DNA of 64,000 nucleotides. Source: Macrostomum lignano (lineage: Eukaryota). The translations under genes and the position numbers were made by a program. Under the pieces are notes generated by a model. It was given only the letters and a program-made list of their open reading frames with translations, was not told where the DNA came from and made no database searches. Location of the stretch: the NCBI GenBank assembly GCA_002269645.1, contig NIVC01000344.1, positions 262,745-326,744 of the forward strand, given 5' to 3'. Positions 9,701 to 43,158 of this stretch are shown here, piece by piece; positions within the stretch are counted from its first letter, which is position 1, and each line of letters starts with the position of its first letter.

Positions 9701-12163
9701 GGCTCCGAGCTGCTCTCTGGCGCCGAGATCTTGGCCAGCGTTGAGTCCGACACCGGGGTGGACGCCGAGTTCAAACTGCTTGACGACGGCTTTGGTGAGC
9801 AAACTTCCCTGGACTTCGGATTCTCCTGGACTGGGATTTCCGACTTATTGGAACTTTCGATTGACTGGGATTCCCCTTGACTGAGATTCCCCTTGACTGG
9901 GATTCCCCTTGACTGGGATTCCATTTGACTGGGATTCCATTTGACTGTGATTCCCTTTGACTGGGATTTCATTTGACTGGAATTCCCCAACTGGGATTCC
10001 CTTCAACTGGGATTCCCATTGACTGTGATTCCCTTTGACTGGGATTTCCTTTGACTGTGATTTCCTTTGACTGGGATTTCCTTTGACTGGGATTTCCTTT
10101 GACTGGGATTCCCTTTGACTGGGATTCCCTTTGACTGTGATTCCCTTTGACTGGGATTTCCTTTGACTGTGATTCCTCTTGACTGGGATTTCCTTTGACT
10201 GTGATTCCCCTTGACTGGGATTCCCTTTGACTGTGATTCCCTTTGACTGAGATTTCCTTTGACTGTGATTCCTTTTTGACTGTGATTCCCTTCAACTGGG
10301 ATTTCCTTTGACTGGGATTCCCCTTGACTGGTATTCCCCTTGACTGGTATTCCCCTTGACTGGGATTCCCTTTGACTGTGATTCCCCTTGACTGGGATTT
10401 GCCTTGACTGGGATTATCATTTCTACAACTTGGCGATAGAATGCAATAGAGAGCTTGAATTTCTGTTCATTTTTAATCATCAAATTTTCCCGCCCAGGAG
10501 CGGACGCAATCCGGGGTGACGGGGTGTACAGCGGCTTCGTTCCAACCCAGGTCAACCAGGTCCGCGAGTACAATGTCCGCCTGACCGCCAGCAAGCCGGT
10601 GAGCCGGGTCTCCACGGCCGGCAAGTTTGAGGTGACCGGAGTGGACCAGGGCAGCCTGAGCCGGACACCTCCGGCCAGGATCGGCGACCTGCGCGCTCGC
10701 ATCAGCCTCGGCAGCCGGGCTGCTCAGGTCGGCCTCGAGTTCACCGCGGTGGGAGCCCGGCGGATGGAGGGATCGGGTGAGTCATCGGGGGAGGGGTGTG
10801 CTTGGGGTTTCCAGGGTTGGAGCTTGGGGTTTCCAGGGTTGGAGCTTGGGGTTTCCAGGGTTGGAGCTTGGGGTTTCCAGGGTTGGAGCTTGGGGTTTCC
10901 AGAGTCGGGGCTTGGGGTTTCCAGGGTTGGAGCTTGGGGTTTCCAGGGTTGGAGCTTGGGGTTTCCAGGGTTGGAGCTTGGAGTTTCCAGGGTTGGAGCT
11001 TGGGGTTTCCAGGGTTGGAGCTTGGGGTTTCCAGAGTCGGGGCTTGGGGTTTCCAGGGTTGGAGCTTGGGGTTTCCAGGGTTGGAGCTTGGGTTTCCAGG
11101 GTTGGAGCTTGGGGTTTCCAGGGTTGGAGCTTGGGGTTTCCAGGGTTGGAGCTTGGGGTTTCCAGGGTTGGAGCTTGGGGTTTCCAGGGTTGGAGCTTGG
11201 GGTTTCCAGGGTTGGAGCTTGGGGTTTCCAGGGTTGGAGCTTGGGGTTTCCAGAGTCGGGGCTTGGGGTTTCCAGGGTTGGAGCTTGGGGTTTCCAGGGT
11301 TGGAGCTTGGGGTTTCCAGGGTTGGAGCTTGGAGTTTCCAGGGTTGGAGCTTGGGGTTTCCAGGGTTGGAGCTTGGGGTTTCCAGAGTCGGGGCTTGGGG
11401 TTTCCAGGGTTGGAGCTTGGGGTTTCCAGGGTTGGAGCTTGGGGTTTCCAGGGTTGGAGCTTGGGGTTTCCAGGGTTGGAGCTTGGGGTTTCCAGGGTTG
11501 GAGCTTGGGGTTTCCAGGGTTGGAGCTTGGGGTTTCCAGGGTTGGAGCTTAGGCTTTCTAGGGTTGGAGCTTGGGGTTTCCAGGGTTGGAGCTTGGGGTT
11601 TCCAGGGTTGGAGCTTAGGTTCCAAGTATAAAAAATACCTTTTTGCATCGCAAGCAAAAATCTGTTAAAAACTTAGGACTTAAAAAACTTTTCACTTTTT
11701 TCAATGCTAACTTCAAACCTTAACTTCATCCCACGCAGCCTCCCGCTACATCGTGTGGCTGTGCACCAAGCCGGAGCCCCTGGCCTCCTCCTCTCCCCCG
11801 GACAGCTCGAGTCCCGGATGCTCAAACCGCACACTGCTGAACTCTTCAATCGAGGCGGCCGGATCTCCAATCTCCGTGCCCGTCCCGCCCGAGGCCCTGT
11901 CCGGTCTGTCGGTTACCGTCTACCTGGCGGTGGCGGCGGAAAACTCGGACAAAATTCTCGGCCAGCTGTCCAATGTGGCCTCGGTGCAGACCAGCCTGCC
12001 GGACAATCTGGACGAAGTTGAACGAACTGACGAGACTGGCGATGGGCTGACTGTGTTGGCCATTGTCTTCATTGCCGTCGGAGTTGCGCTGGCGGTCGCC
12101 CTCATCGTCGGGGTCGGCATCTACTTGATCGTCAAGAAGAAGAACTCTGGAACCACCGTCTAG
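3492..12163 (+). CDS. CLCA: CLCA-family (calcium-activated chloride channel regulator-like) metalloprotease/vWA protein, 10 exons, about 910 aa, signal peptide and C-terminal TM helix
   Basis: Exons 3492-3659, 4647-4926, 5337-5639, 6059-6270, 6769-7005, 7692-8000, 8791-9021, 9509-9794, 10498-10776, 11739-12163; all GT-AG and phase-compatible. Motifs: signal peptide; LVHEFAHLRWGVFNEY (HEXXH); HNVAAPNPQNRRC; vWA MIDAS DVSGS, GSTAIG, LLTDG; DDGFGADAIRGDGVYS; PPARIGDL; TM LTVLAIVFIAVGVALAVALIVGVGIYLIV then KKK. Confidence 0.93.
3725..4600. repeat. About 26-bp minisatellite TCACTCCCATTCCATACTACAGTAGG (CLCA intron 1)
   Basis: Tandem array. Confidence 0.95.
4647..4926 (+). CDS. CLCA: CLCA exon 2
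   Basis: caacag|GAC; FGHVYILVPRSW, PGDCGQPG; donor T|gtgagg, phase 1. Confidence 0.85.
5090..5310. repeat. 12-bp repeat ATAATGTATGGG (CLCA intron 2)
   Basis: Tandem array. Confidence 0.92.
5337..5639 (+). CDS. CLCA: CLCA exon 3 (HEXXH zinc motif)
   Basis: ggcag|TG; HEFAHLRWGVFNEY; donor G|gtagct. Confidence 0.9.
5682..5990 (+). mobile_element. tRNA-derived SINE with CORE(MIR)-like central domain, in CLCA intron 3
   Basis: tRNA-like head with A box TAGCCTAGTGG (5687-5697) and B box GGTTCGATTC (5731-5740). Then TGTCCTTGAGCAAGACACTTAAC...CAGCTGTAAAATGGG (5763-5821), resembling the MIR/CORE consensus. 3' end uncertain. Confidence 0.7.
6059..6270 (+). CDS. CLCA: CLCA exon 4 (Cys-rich end, start of vWA)
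   Basis: tcgcag|GC; HNVAAPNPQN; IVMDVSGSMG; donor gtgagt at 6271. Confidence 0.9.
6275..6735. repeat. (TCTG)n (CLCA intron 4)
   Basis: Microsatellite starting at the donor. Confidence 0.97.
6769..7005 (+). CDS. CLCA: CLCA exon 5 (vWA)
   Basis: catcag|ACC; 79 codons; GSTAIGGAL; donor gtgaat. Confidence 0.88.
7198..7500. repeat. 31-bp minisatellite (CLCA intron 5)
   Basis: TGTGAGTTTAATAGTAGACTTTTACGACTAA. Confidence 0.95.
7692..8000 (+). CDS. CLCA: CLCA exon 6 (vWA, LLTDG)
   Basis: caacag|CTG; 103 codons; donor gtgagt at 8001. Confidence 0.88.
8001..8640. repeat. About 22-bp minisatellite GTGAGTTGGTGAATGCGGATTA (CLCA intron 6)
   Basis: Begins at the splice donor. Confidence 0.95.
8791..9021 (+). 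CDS. CLCA: CLCA exon 7
   Basis: aaacag|GTG; 77 codons; VVSPSG motif; donor gtgagc. Confidence 0.85.
9035..9465. repeat. 20-bp minisatellite AACCCAATACCCAGTTTGAC (CLCA intron 7)
   Basis: Period 20. Confidence 0.95.
9509..9794 (+). CDS. CLCA: CLCA exon 8
   Basis: ttccag|GCC; AGSWTI ... LLDDGF; donor G|gtgagc. Confidence 0.87.
9860..10410. repeat. 16-bp minisatellite GACTGGGATTCCCTTT (CLCA intron 8)
   Basis: Period 16. Confidence 0.95.
10498..10776 (+). CDS. CLCA: CLCA exon 9
   Basis: cccag|GA; ADAIRGDGVYSGF, PPARIGDL; donor G|gtgagt. Confidence 0.88.
10797..11620. repeat. 22-bp G-rich minisatellite GGAGCTTGGGGTTTCCAGGGTT (CLCA intron 9)
   Basis: Period 22. Confidence 0.97.
11739..12163 (+). 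CDS. CLCA: CLCA exon 10 (FnIII end, TM helix, stop)
   Basis: acgcag|CC; SNVASV; 29-aa hydrophobic stretch; TAG 12161-12163; AATAAA at 12352. Confidence 0.9.
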
Positions 12164-12474
12164 GCCGGGAGGGACATTTTCTATTAATACTACTGATGCT
12201 ACTGCTGTGAGTAGCATTTGAATATTATGCCTATTATTCTTTTCTACTGACACAAAAGTAGAACTGTTTCAGTGACGAATTCCACAATTGCTGCAAAATA
12301 TAATTTATTTAATTGGCTTTTCACGATTAAAATTAATTTTCAATCATTTGAAATAAATGAGGATAAACAATTTTTGTTTACTGTCAATTTCTTGCGTTAC
12401 GACTCATTTCAGTAGTTCACTCACTGTGTATTAGTTTACTGTGTAAATTATCTGCAGTTCACTCGGTATAACTT

Positions 12475-13108
12475 AACTGCCGTTCACTCGGTGTACATGT
12501 AGCTTATCTGCAGTTCACTCGGTGTACATGTAGCTTATCTGCAGTTCACTCGGTGTAACCTAACTGAAGTTCACTCGGTGTAACCTAACTGAAGTTCACT
12601 CGGTGTAGCCTAACTGAAGTTCACTCGGTGTAGCCTAACTGAAGTTCACTCGGTGTAACCTAACTGAAGTTCACTCGGTGTAGCCTAACTGAAGTTCACT
12701 CGGTGTAACCTAACTGAAGTTCACTCGGTGTAGCCTAACTGAAGTTCACTCGGTGTAACCTAACTGAAGTTCACTCGGTGTAACCTAACTGAAGTTCACT
12801 CGGTGTAGCCTAACTGAAGTTCACTTGGTGTAGCCTAACTGAAGTTCACTCGGTGTAGCCTAACTGAAGTTCACTCGGTGTAGCCTAACTGAAGTTCACT
12901 TGGTGTAGCCTAACTGAAGTTCACTCGGTGTAGCCTAACTGAAGTTCACTCGGTGTAGCCTAACTGAAATTCACTCGGTGTAGCCTAACTGAAGTTCACT
13001 CGGTGTAACCTAACTGAAGTTCACTCGGTGTAGCCTAACTGAAGTTCACTCGGTGTAGCCTAACTGAAGTTCACTTGGTGTAGCCTAACTGCAGTTCACT
13101 CGGTGTAT
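12475..13108. repeat. 25-bp minisatellite GAAGTTCACTCGGTGTAGCCTAACT, between the convergent CLCA and Ptf1a 3' ends
   Basis: Period 25. Confidence 0.95.
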
Positions 13109-13532
13109 CTTGCATCAGTTACCAACTTTAGGGAGAAGTTTGAGCAGATTATATAAGGCTGAACCTGATTGCAACAAGCAGTATATTTCCACAGAGAAAA
13201 AAATTCATTAACAAAATTTCGCAGACATTTAAACGACAGAATCGATAACTTGAGGCCAGAAAGAGTAACAATGGGAAAAAACTAATTAACAAATTTCCCT
13301 ATTTTGGGTCAACGCTTCCCTGACACCAATAATAAAAAATCTATTGATAAAAGTGTGGGTAAGTTCTTTAGTCAATGATTGTTTGACTACAAATTCACGG
13401 CAATGGAAAATTAGCAAATCAGCAGCAGATGTGAGTGCAATATTTATTGCTGAGTTTAAGCTGACAGAATCGCTTTCTTAAATAATGTAATTTGTAACAC
13501 CTTTGTAATCAAATCTGTGTAATATTTCCCAA

Positions 13533-13792
13533 AGTAGAGAAGGCGTTAGAGAAGGTGTTACAGAAGTAGAGAAGGCGTTAGAGAAGGTGTTACAAAAGTA
13601 GAAAAGGGTTAGAGAGGGTGTTGCAGAAGTAGAGAAGGCGTTAGAGAGGGTGTTACAGAAGTAGAAAAGGCGTTAGAGAGGGTGTTGCAGAAGTAGAAAA
13701 GGCGTTAGAGAGGGTGTTGCAGAAGTAGAGAAGGCGTTAGAGAGGGTGTTGCAGAAGTAGAAAAGGCGTTAGAGAGGGTGTTGCAGAAGTAG
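13533..13792. repeat. 32-bp minisatellite immediately after the Ptf1a stop codon
   Basis: GGTGTTGCAGAAGTAGAAAAGGCGTTAGAGAG. Confidence 0.93.
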
Positions 13793-13808
13793 AGTGGCAC
13801 CCTGGCTC

Positions 13809-34198
<20,390 letters not shown>

Positions 34199-34389
34199 GC
34201 GATCGCGTTTTATCCCGATTATGCACCGCCGGAATGCCAACCAGTCTGACCGGATTGGGCGAGTCCAAACTCTCAACGAAGCCGGCCCAGCCAATAGGAG
34301 AGGACCGTTCGTTTCTTGGTGAGAAAATGGCTATTAGTAGTATGCGACGCGTATGGTTTTTCAAGGGACTATCAAAACAAATTAAAACT

Positions 34390-34397
34390 TATTTATA
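34390..34397 (-). promoter_or_regulatory. TATA box of Ptf1a
   Basis: TATAAATA on the minus strand, about 190 nt upstream of the ATG. Confidence 0.55.
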
Positions 34398-34614
34398 GTT
34401 GATTGCTATACTCATCGAAATATCGGCTGATCACTTGGAGAGTGCTTCAGCTAGCAGTCGGTCTTTAATTGATCGCTCAGGCAAAGCGGAACCAGTTGTC
34501 ACTCTCCCACGCTGGAGGAATCTTCCCGAGAGCTCAGCTATCTGAGCAGGCAATCGATTACTGAGCCGTCTTTGCTTTCAGTCGGATCTGTTCGGAAAGC
34601 GTTCCGCTTCTGCG

Positions 34615-34861
<247 letters not shown>

Positions 34862-35354
34862 GATTGATTTCTAACCTGATTGTCTCAAGTAATTCAGTAA
34901 AGGCGTAAGTTGCCCTATTTTTAGATACGAAAAATTGAGTTTGTAGGCAAATACTAGTCTTACTACTCTCCAATGGTAGCGCCATACGTTTGTAATGAAT
35001 ATAATTTTTTTAATGAATTATGGCTTGCAAACAGATTTTTCCACTAAATAATTGAGTAACGTAAGAAAATTAAGTGTGGGGAATTATTTTATTGTATTTT
35101 TTTCGTTAATTTTTTTGTTAACAGGACAAATGGCAATTTTGATAAATATTAACTCCAAACTGCTCTTCAATACCTCTATAATTTGTGCTGTAGGCTAATC
35201 TGTTCATCTACGGTATATTGAATGCGGCTGTCTGTTTGTCTTATCTATCTATCAGTAGTCTATCTATGGTTATATATATGCTCATCTATCTACTGATCAG
35301 TCTGCATGTCTATCTACGAACTACTGAAAAATTCTATTGATATATACGCTCAAA

Positions 35355-35585
35355 AATATCTATCTACCCATGGATATTAATATCTGTGTACCCATGGATA
35401 TAAATATCTATCTACCCATGGATATAAATATCTATCTGCCCATGGATATAAATATCTGTGTACCCATGGATATAGATATCTATCTACCCATGGATATAAA
35501 TGTCTATCTACCCATGCATATAAATATCTATCTACCCATGGATATAAATATCTATCTACCCACAGATGTAAATATCTATCCATCA
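35355..35585. repeat. 24-bp minisatellite CCCATGGATATAAATATCTATCTA
   Basis: Period 24. Confidence 0.92.
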
Positions 35586-36459
35586 ACACCCGGTGGTCTA
35601 CATATCGATCTAGCTATCAATCGGCTTTAATATCTACTAATTAAAAGTTTCTTTTCTCCATTATTAACTATCATTAACATTAATATCTACCTATACGTAT
35701 CGATCTGTGTCTTCTTCTATCTTTTATCTACATATCCGTCTACCTATCTATATACCAGTCTGAAAAACAGATTAGTCAGCCCCATTAGCACAATCCACTC
35801 CAGGCATCCAGCATCCAAGCACAAAACCAGCTTCCCGAGGCAACGCTTCATCAATCCATGCCGCCTCCGCTCCATGCAAGCCCCCCCCCCCCTATACCAG
35901 TGGAGCGAGACCAGCCTTCGTCTCAATGGCATTCCGAAAGAGGAGCTATTGAAGCTGAAATGCAGCCTCATGCCTCATCATCCTCGATCCCCTGCCACGG
36001 GGATCACACGGATGGATCAGCAACAGCATTTTCCAAGTCGCCCCCACTGACAGGTTTTCGTTGAATTTTTAATTGATTAAAAAAACAACAGAGTGAAAGC
36101 TGCAGATATTGACAGCAGCAAGCGCCCACCTTGAAATCCACCTTGCTATCCCCTCAATATTCCAGATTTTTCGCTGCCTTTCTCTCTTTGTTAATTTTTA
36201 AATTGCGCGTTAGTTCAAAATTGGGACTGCTAAAAAATTTAATCAAAGGGATTGCATTGCTGGCAAAAGCTTTTGAGTCACATCTCACTGTCCCGTCTTT
36301 GTGCCCATTTATCTTCCGTTTCATTGATCTTCCTGATTGGGAGTGAGAGTGAGCTAGTGAGAAGCACTCGCGTGAACAGAAAAACAACAAATTATAACGT
36401 TGGAAAATTAAAACAAAATATATTTCGTCAGCTGAATTAGTTTGCTTTTCTAGCAAGAC

Positions 36460-37095
36460 TTCTAGAAAATAGGACTGTGGGTGCATGACCAGAATTCTAG
36501 GAAATAGGACTGTGGGTGCATGACCAGAATTCTAGGAAATAGGACTGTGGGTGCATGGCCAGAATTATAGAAAATAGGACTGTGGGTGCATGACCAGAAT
36601 TCTAGGAAATAGGACTGCGGGTCCATGACCAGAACTCTAGGAAATAGGACTGCGGGTCCATGACCAGAATTCTAGGGAATAGGACTGCGTGTGTCAGCAT
36701 TCTAGGAAAAATGACTGTGTGTGTCAGTATTCTAGGAAATATGACTGTGTGTGTCATCATTCTAGGAAAAATGACTGTGTCTGTCAGTATTCTAGGAAAT
36801 ATGATTGTGCATAGTCCGATTCTAGGAAATATGACTGTGTCTGTCAGTATTCTAGGAAATAGGACTGTGTCTGTCAGTATTCTAGGAAATATGACTGTGT
36901 CTGTCAGTATTCTAGGAAATAGGACGGTGTCTGTCAGTATTCTAGGAAATATGACTGTGTCTGTCAGTATTCTAGGAAATAGGACGGTGTCTGTCAGTAT
37001 TCTAGGAAAAATGACTGTGTCTGTCAGTATTCTAGGAAATAGGACTGTGTCTGTCAGTATTCTAGGAAATATCATTGTGCATAGTCCGATTCTAT
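36460..37095. repeat. 30-bp minisatellite ATTCTAGGAAATAGGACTGTGTCTGTCAGT
   Basis: Period 30, two sub-variants. Confidence 0.95.
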
Positions 37096-37454
37096 TAAAT
37101 AGGCTGCTTTAGCAAAATTCTTAGAAATGCCAGAGTCGAACTTGTGTATCCGCCTGCTATAAGTTATATAAACTCACAGAGCTACGAGTTTATATACACG
37201 TAGTTTCAGGAAAAATTGTGAAATAAGTCTAGCTATATATCTTTCAGCATTTTCCCGAAAATGTGAAAAGCCTTCGACAAAAGCTCAAAGACCCCGACCA
37301 TCACTAGATAGAATCCTTGAATTTCTATAGGAATTTCTGCCGAAACAGAATAAAATTTTCTAAAGCAATACAGCGGGGACAAAGGCATTTGTTGACAGAC
37401 AAAACACTGAGAAGTGAGCCGGCCGCCAATTACTCATAATCAATACAACCATAG

Positions 37455-39616
<2,162 letters not shown>

Positions 39617-40565
39617 GTACTGGACTTTGACTCGCTGAAAATATACGGACATTGTAAGCCATTCTAGCCCTACTCACAGTCATTGTTTTTCACTTTTGCG
39701 CTGTACACCCAAACAAAGCCAACAACAGCTTATGCAAACCTTTTTTCTCTCTGCCTCTTCCTCCCTGGTTGCGCAGGTGATGGAGCTACCTATACTGGAA
39801 GCTCTTCCCCTCCTCTTCTCTCTCTCTACGGGTCGATACGCACTCTGAGCCATCATTTCTTCTCAGTGTATTGTGTCAATCGATACCCAGTGTATTGGGA
39901 GTTCTGTAGCAGCTTATGCTAACCCAGAGAGCAGATGAGGCAAGAGAGACTGGGAGAGGGAGGAGAGAGACATTTGTATCTCCACGGTTGCCGGTGATGA
40001 AGCAACTTTGTTTCACCGACGTTAAACAAAGCAAATAATGAGCTGGATCAGTGCATTTCTGCCCCTCTGATGAGCGGAAAGGCTTTACTTAGTTTGCAGT
40101 GTGGCCACTGGCCACTGCCCCGTATGCGCAGATGGTCTAATTATAATCTTCTAATTAGACCATTTCCTGGAAACTTACTTAGGGTTTAGCCTTCGTTGCA
40201 ATCATCTAAGCTTTCATCTGGATTAGCACGACCAATGTGTACCCTGTCTCATCCTCTCTTCCTTCTCCCTGTATACTTACCTTGCATCTGTAAGTGTCCA
40301 AGGATCTTTATTTTACCTATACAACCGGAGTACTCGCAACATCTGCAGTCCTTTATAATAATCCATTTTATGAGTATAATTTATATATATATTAACTCAA
40401 TCAGGACAAATGGGGGACAGATGGGGAAAGGTAGAGTTAGAAATGAGAGAGAAAGGGATTAAAATGGATAGTAGGCAGTGAGTAGGGGGAGAGTAGGCGG
40501 AGAGTAGGCAGTAAGGGAGTAGAGGGGGGATAGAGAGTACAGATACAGTGAGACGGTTGTGGAGA

Positions 40566-41920
<1,355 letters not shown>

Positions 41921-42849
41921 TAGCAGTGAGGAAAGGAGAGAATGAGGAGGCAGAGAGGCAGACAGATGGAGTCCCAGCAGCCCCGAGTCTTGTGCTGAGC
42001 CAGTTTGAAATCAATGAAATTCGAACTCCCGACTCAGAGCATTCAGGTCCAAGAGCTCAGAGGGAGGCGTTCAAAAATAAACCCAAACATCTAGCTTAAA
42101 ATTCGACGACATTTCAAATTTAGTCATCTCAAACGTGCCGGGGATTAAAGCCTCAACACCCATGTCTAGTCTCAACTGATTCACTCACTCACTGTGAATG
42201 CGATAATTAGCCATCATCTTGCTCACAATCACAATATATTGCAGTTTCTCAGTTTTCCATTTTTCGAGTTTCCGCCTTCTGGACAGCGCTTCTTTCTCAA
42301 GTTAAAGCTTTTTTACAACAACACACTTCTCTCAAATCCTCCCCGCCCATCTGCCGCGGATTCCCCAGTCCTTGTTTGCAGTTTCTCCAGCAAAGCAGAG
42401 CCGCCAACCTTCCCCCCCTCAGTTCCGTTCCGCGTGACCTCTTTGCTATTCTCTCAGCGTTTGCTTTTCTGCCTTTTCTCTCCATCCACCTCCTCTGCTG
42501 CTGCTGCTCCAGACAGACTTTCTCCCTTCAGCAAAAGCCACGGGCAGAGAGGGGGGCAAAGGGAGGGCGACATGAATGCGGTCACAAAATTTTCTGCTTT
42601 GAATTACAGAGCTGCTTCTGCTGCTGCTGCTACTGCGCACCAATTTGTGAGAACTTCTGGCTGAGGCCCGGGAGGGGGGGTGCGGTGGGACTCTGCAGGT
42701 GTTTTACCGGCTGCATCGCACTGGCGGAGGAAGCAGATTCAATGAAGCAGGCAATGGCTAATGGGACAGACAGGCAAATTCTAGACAGAGGCTGACAGGG
42801 CCACGGACGACATTTCTTGTCATTAGATCTTGACCTGATGTTTGCTGCC

Positions 42850-43158
<309 letters not shown>

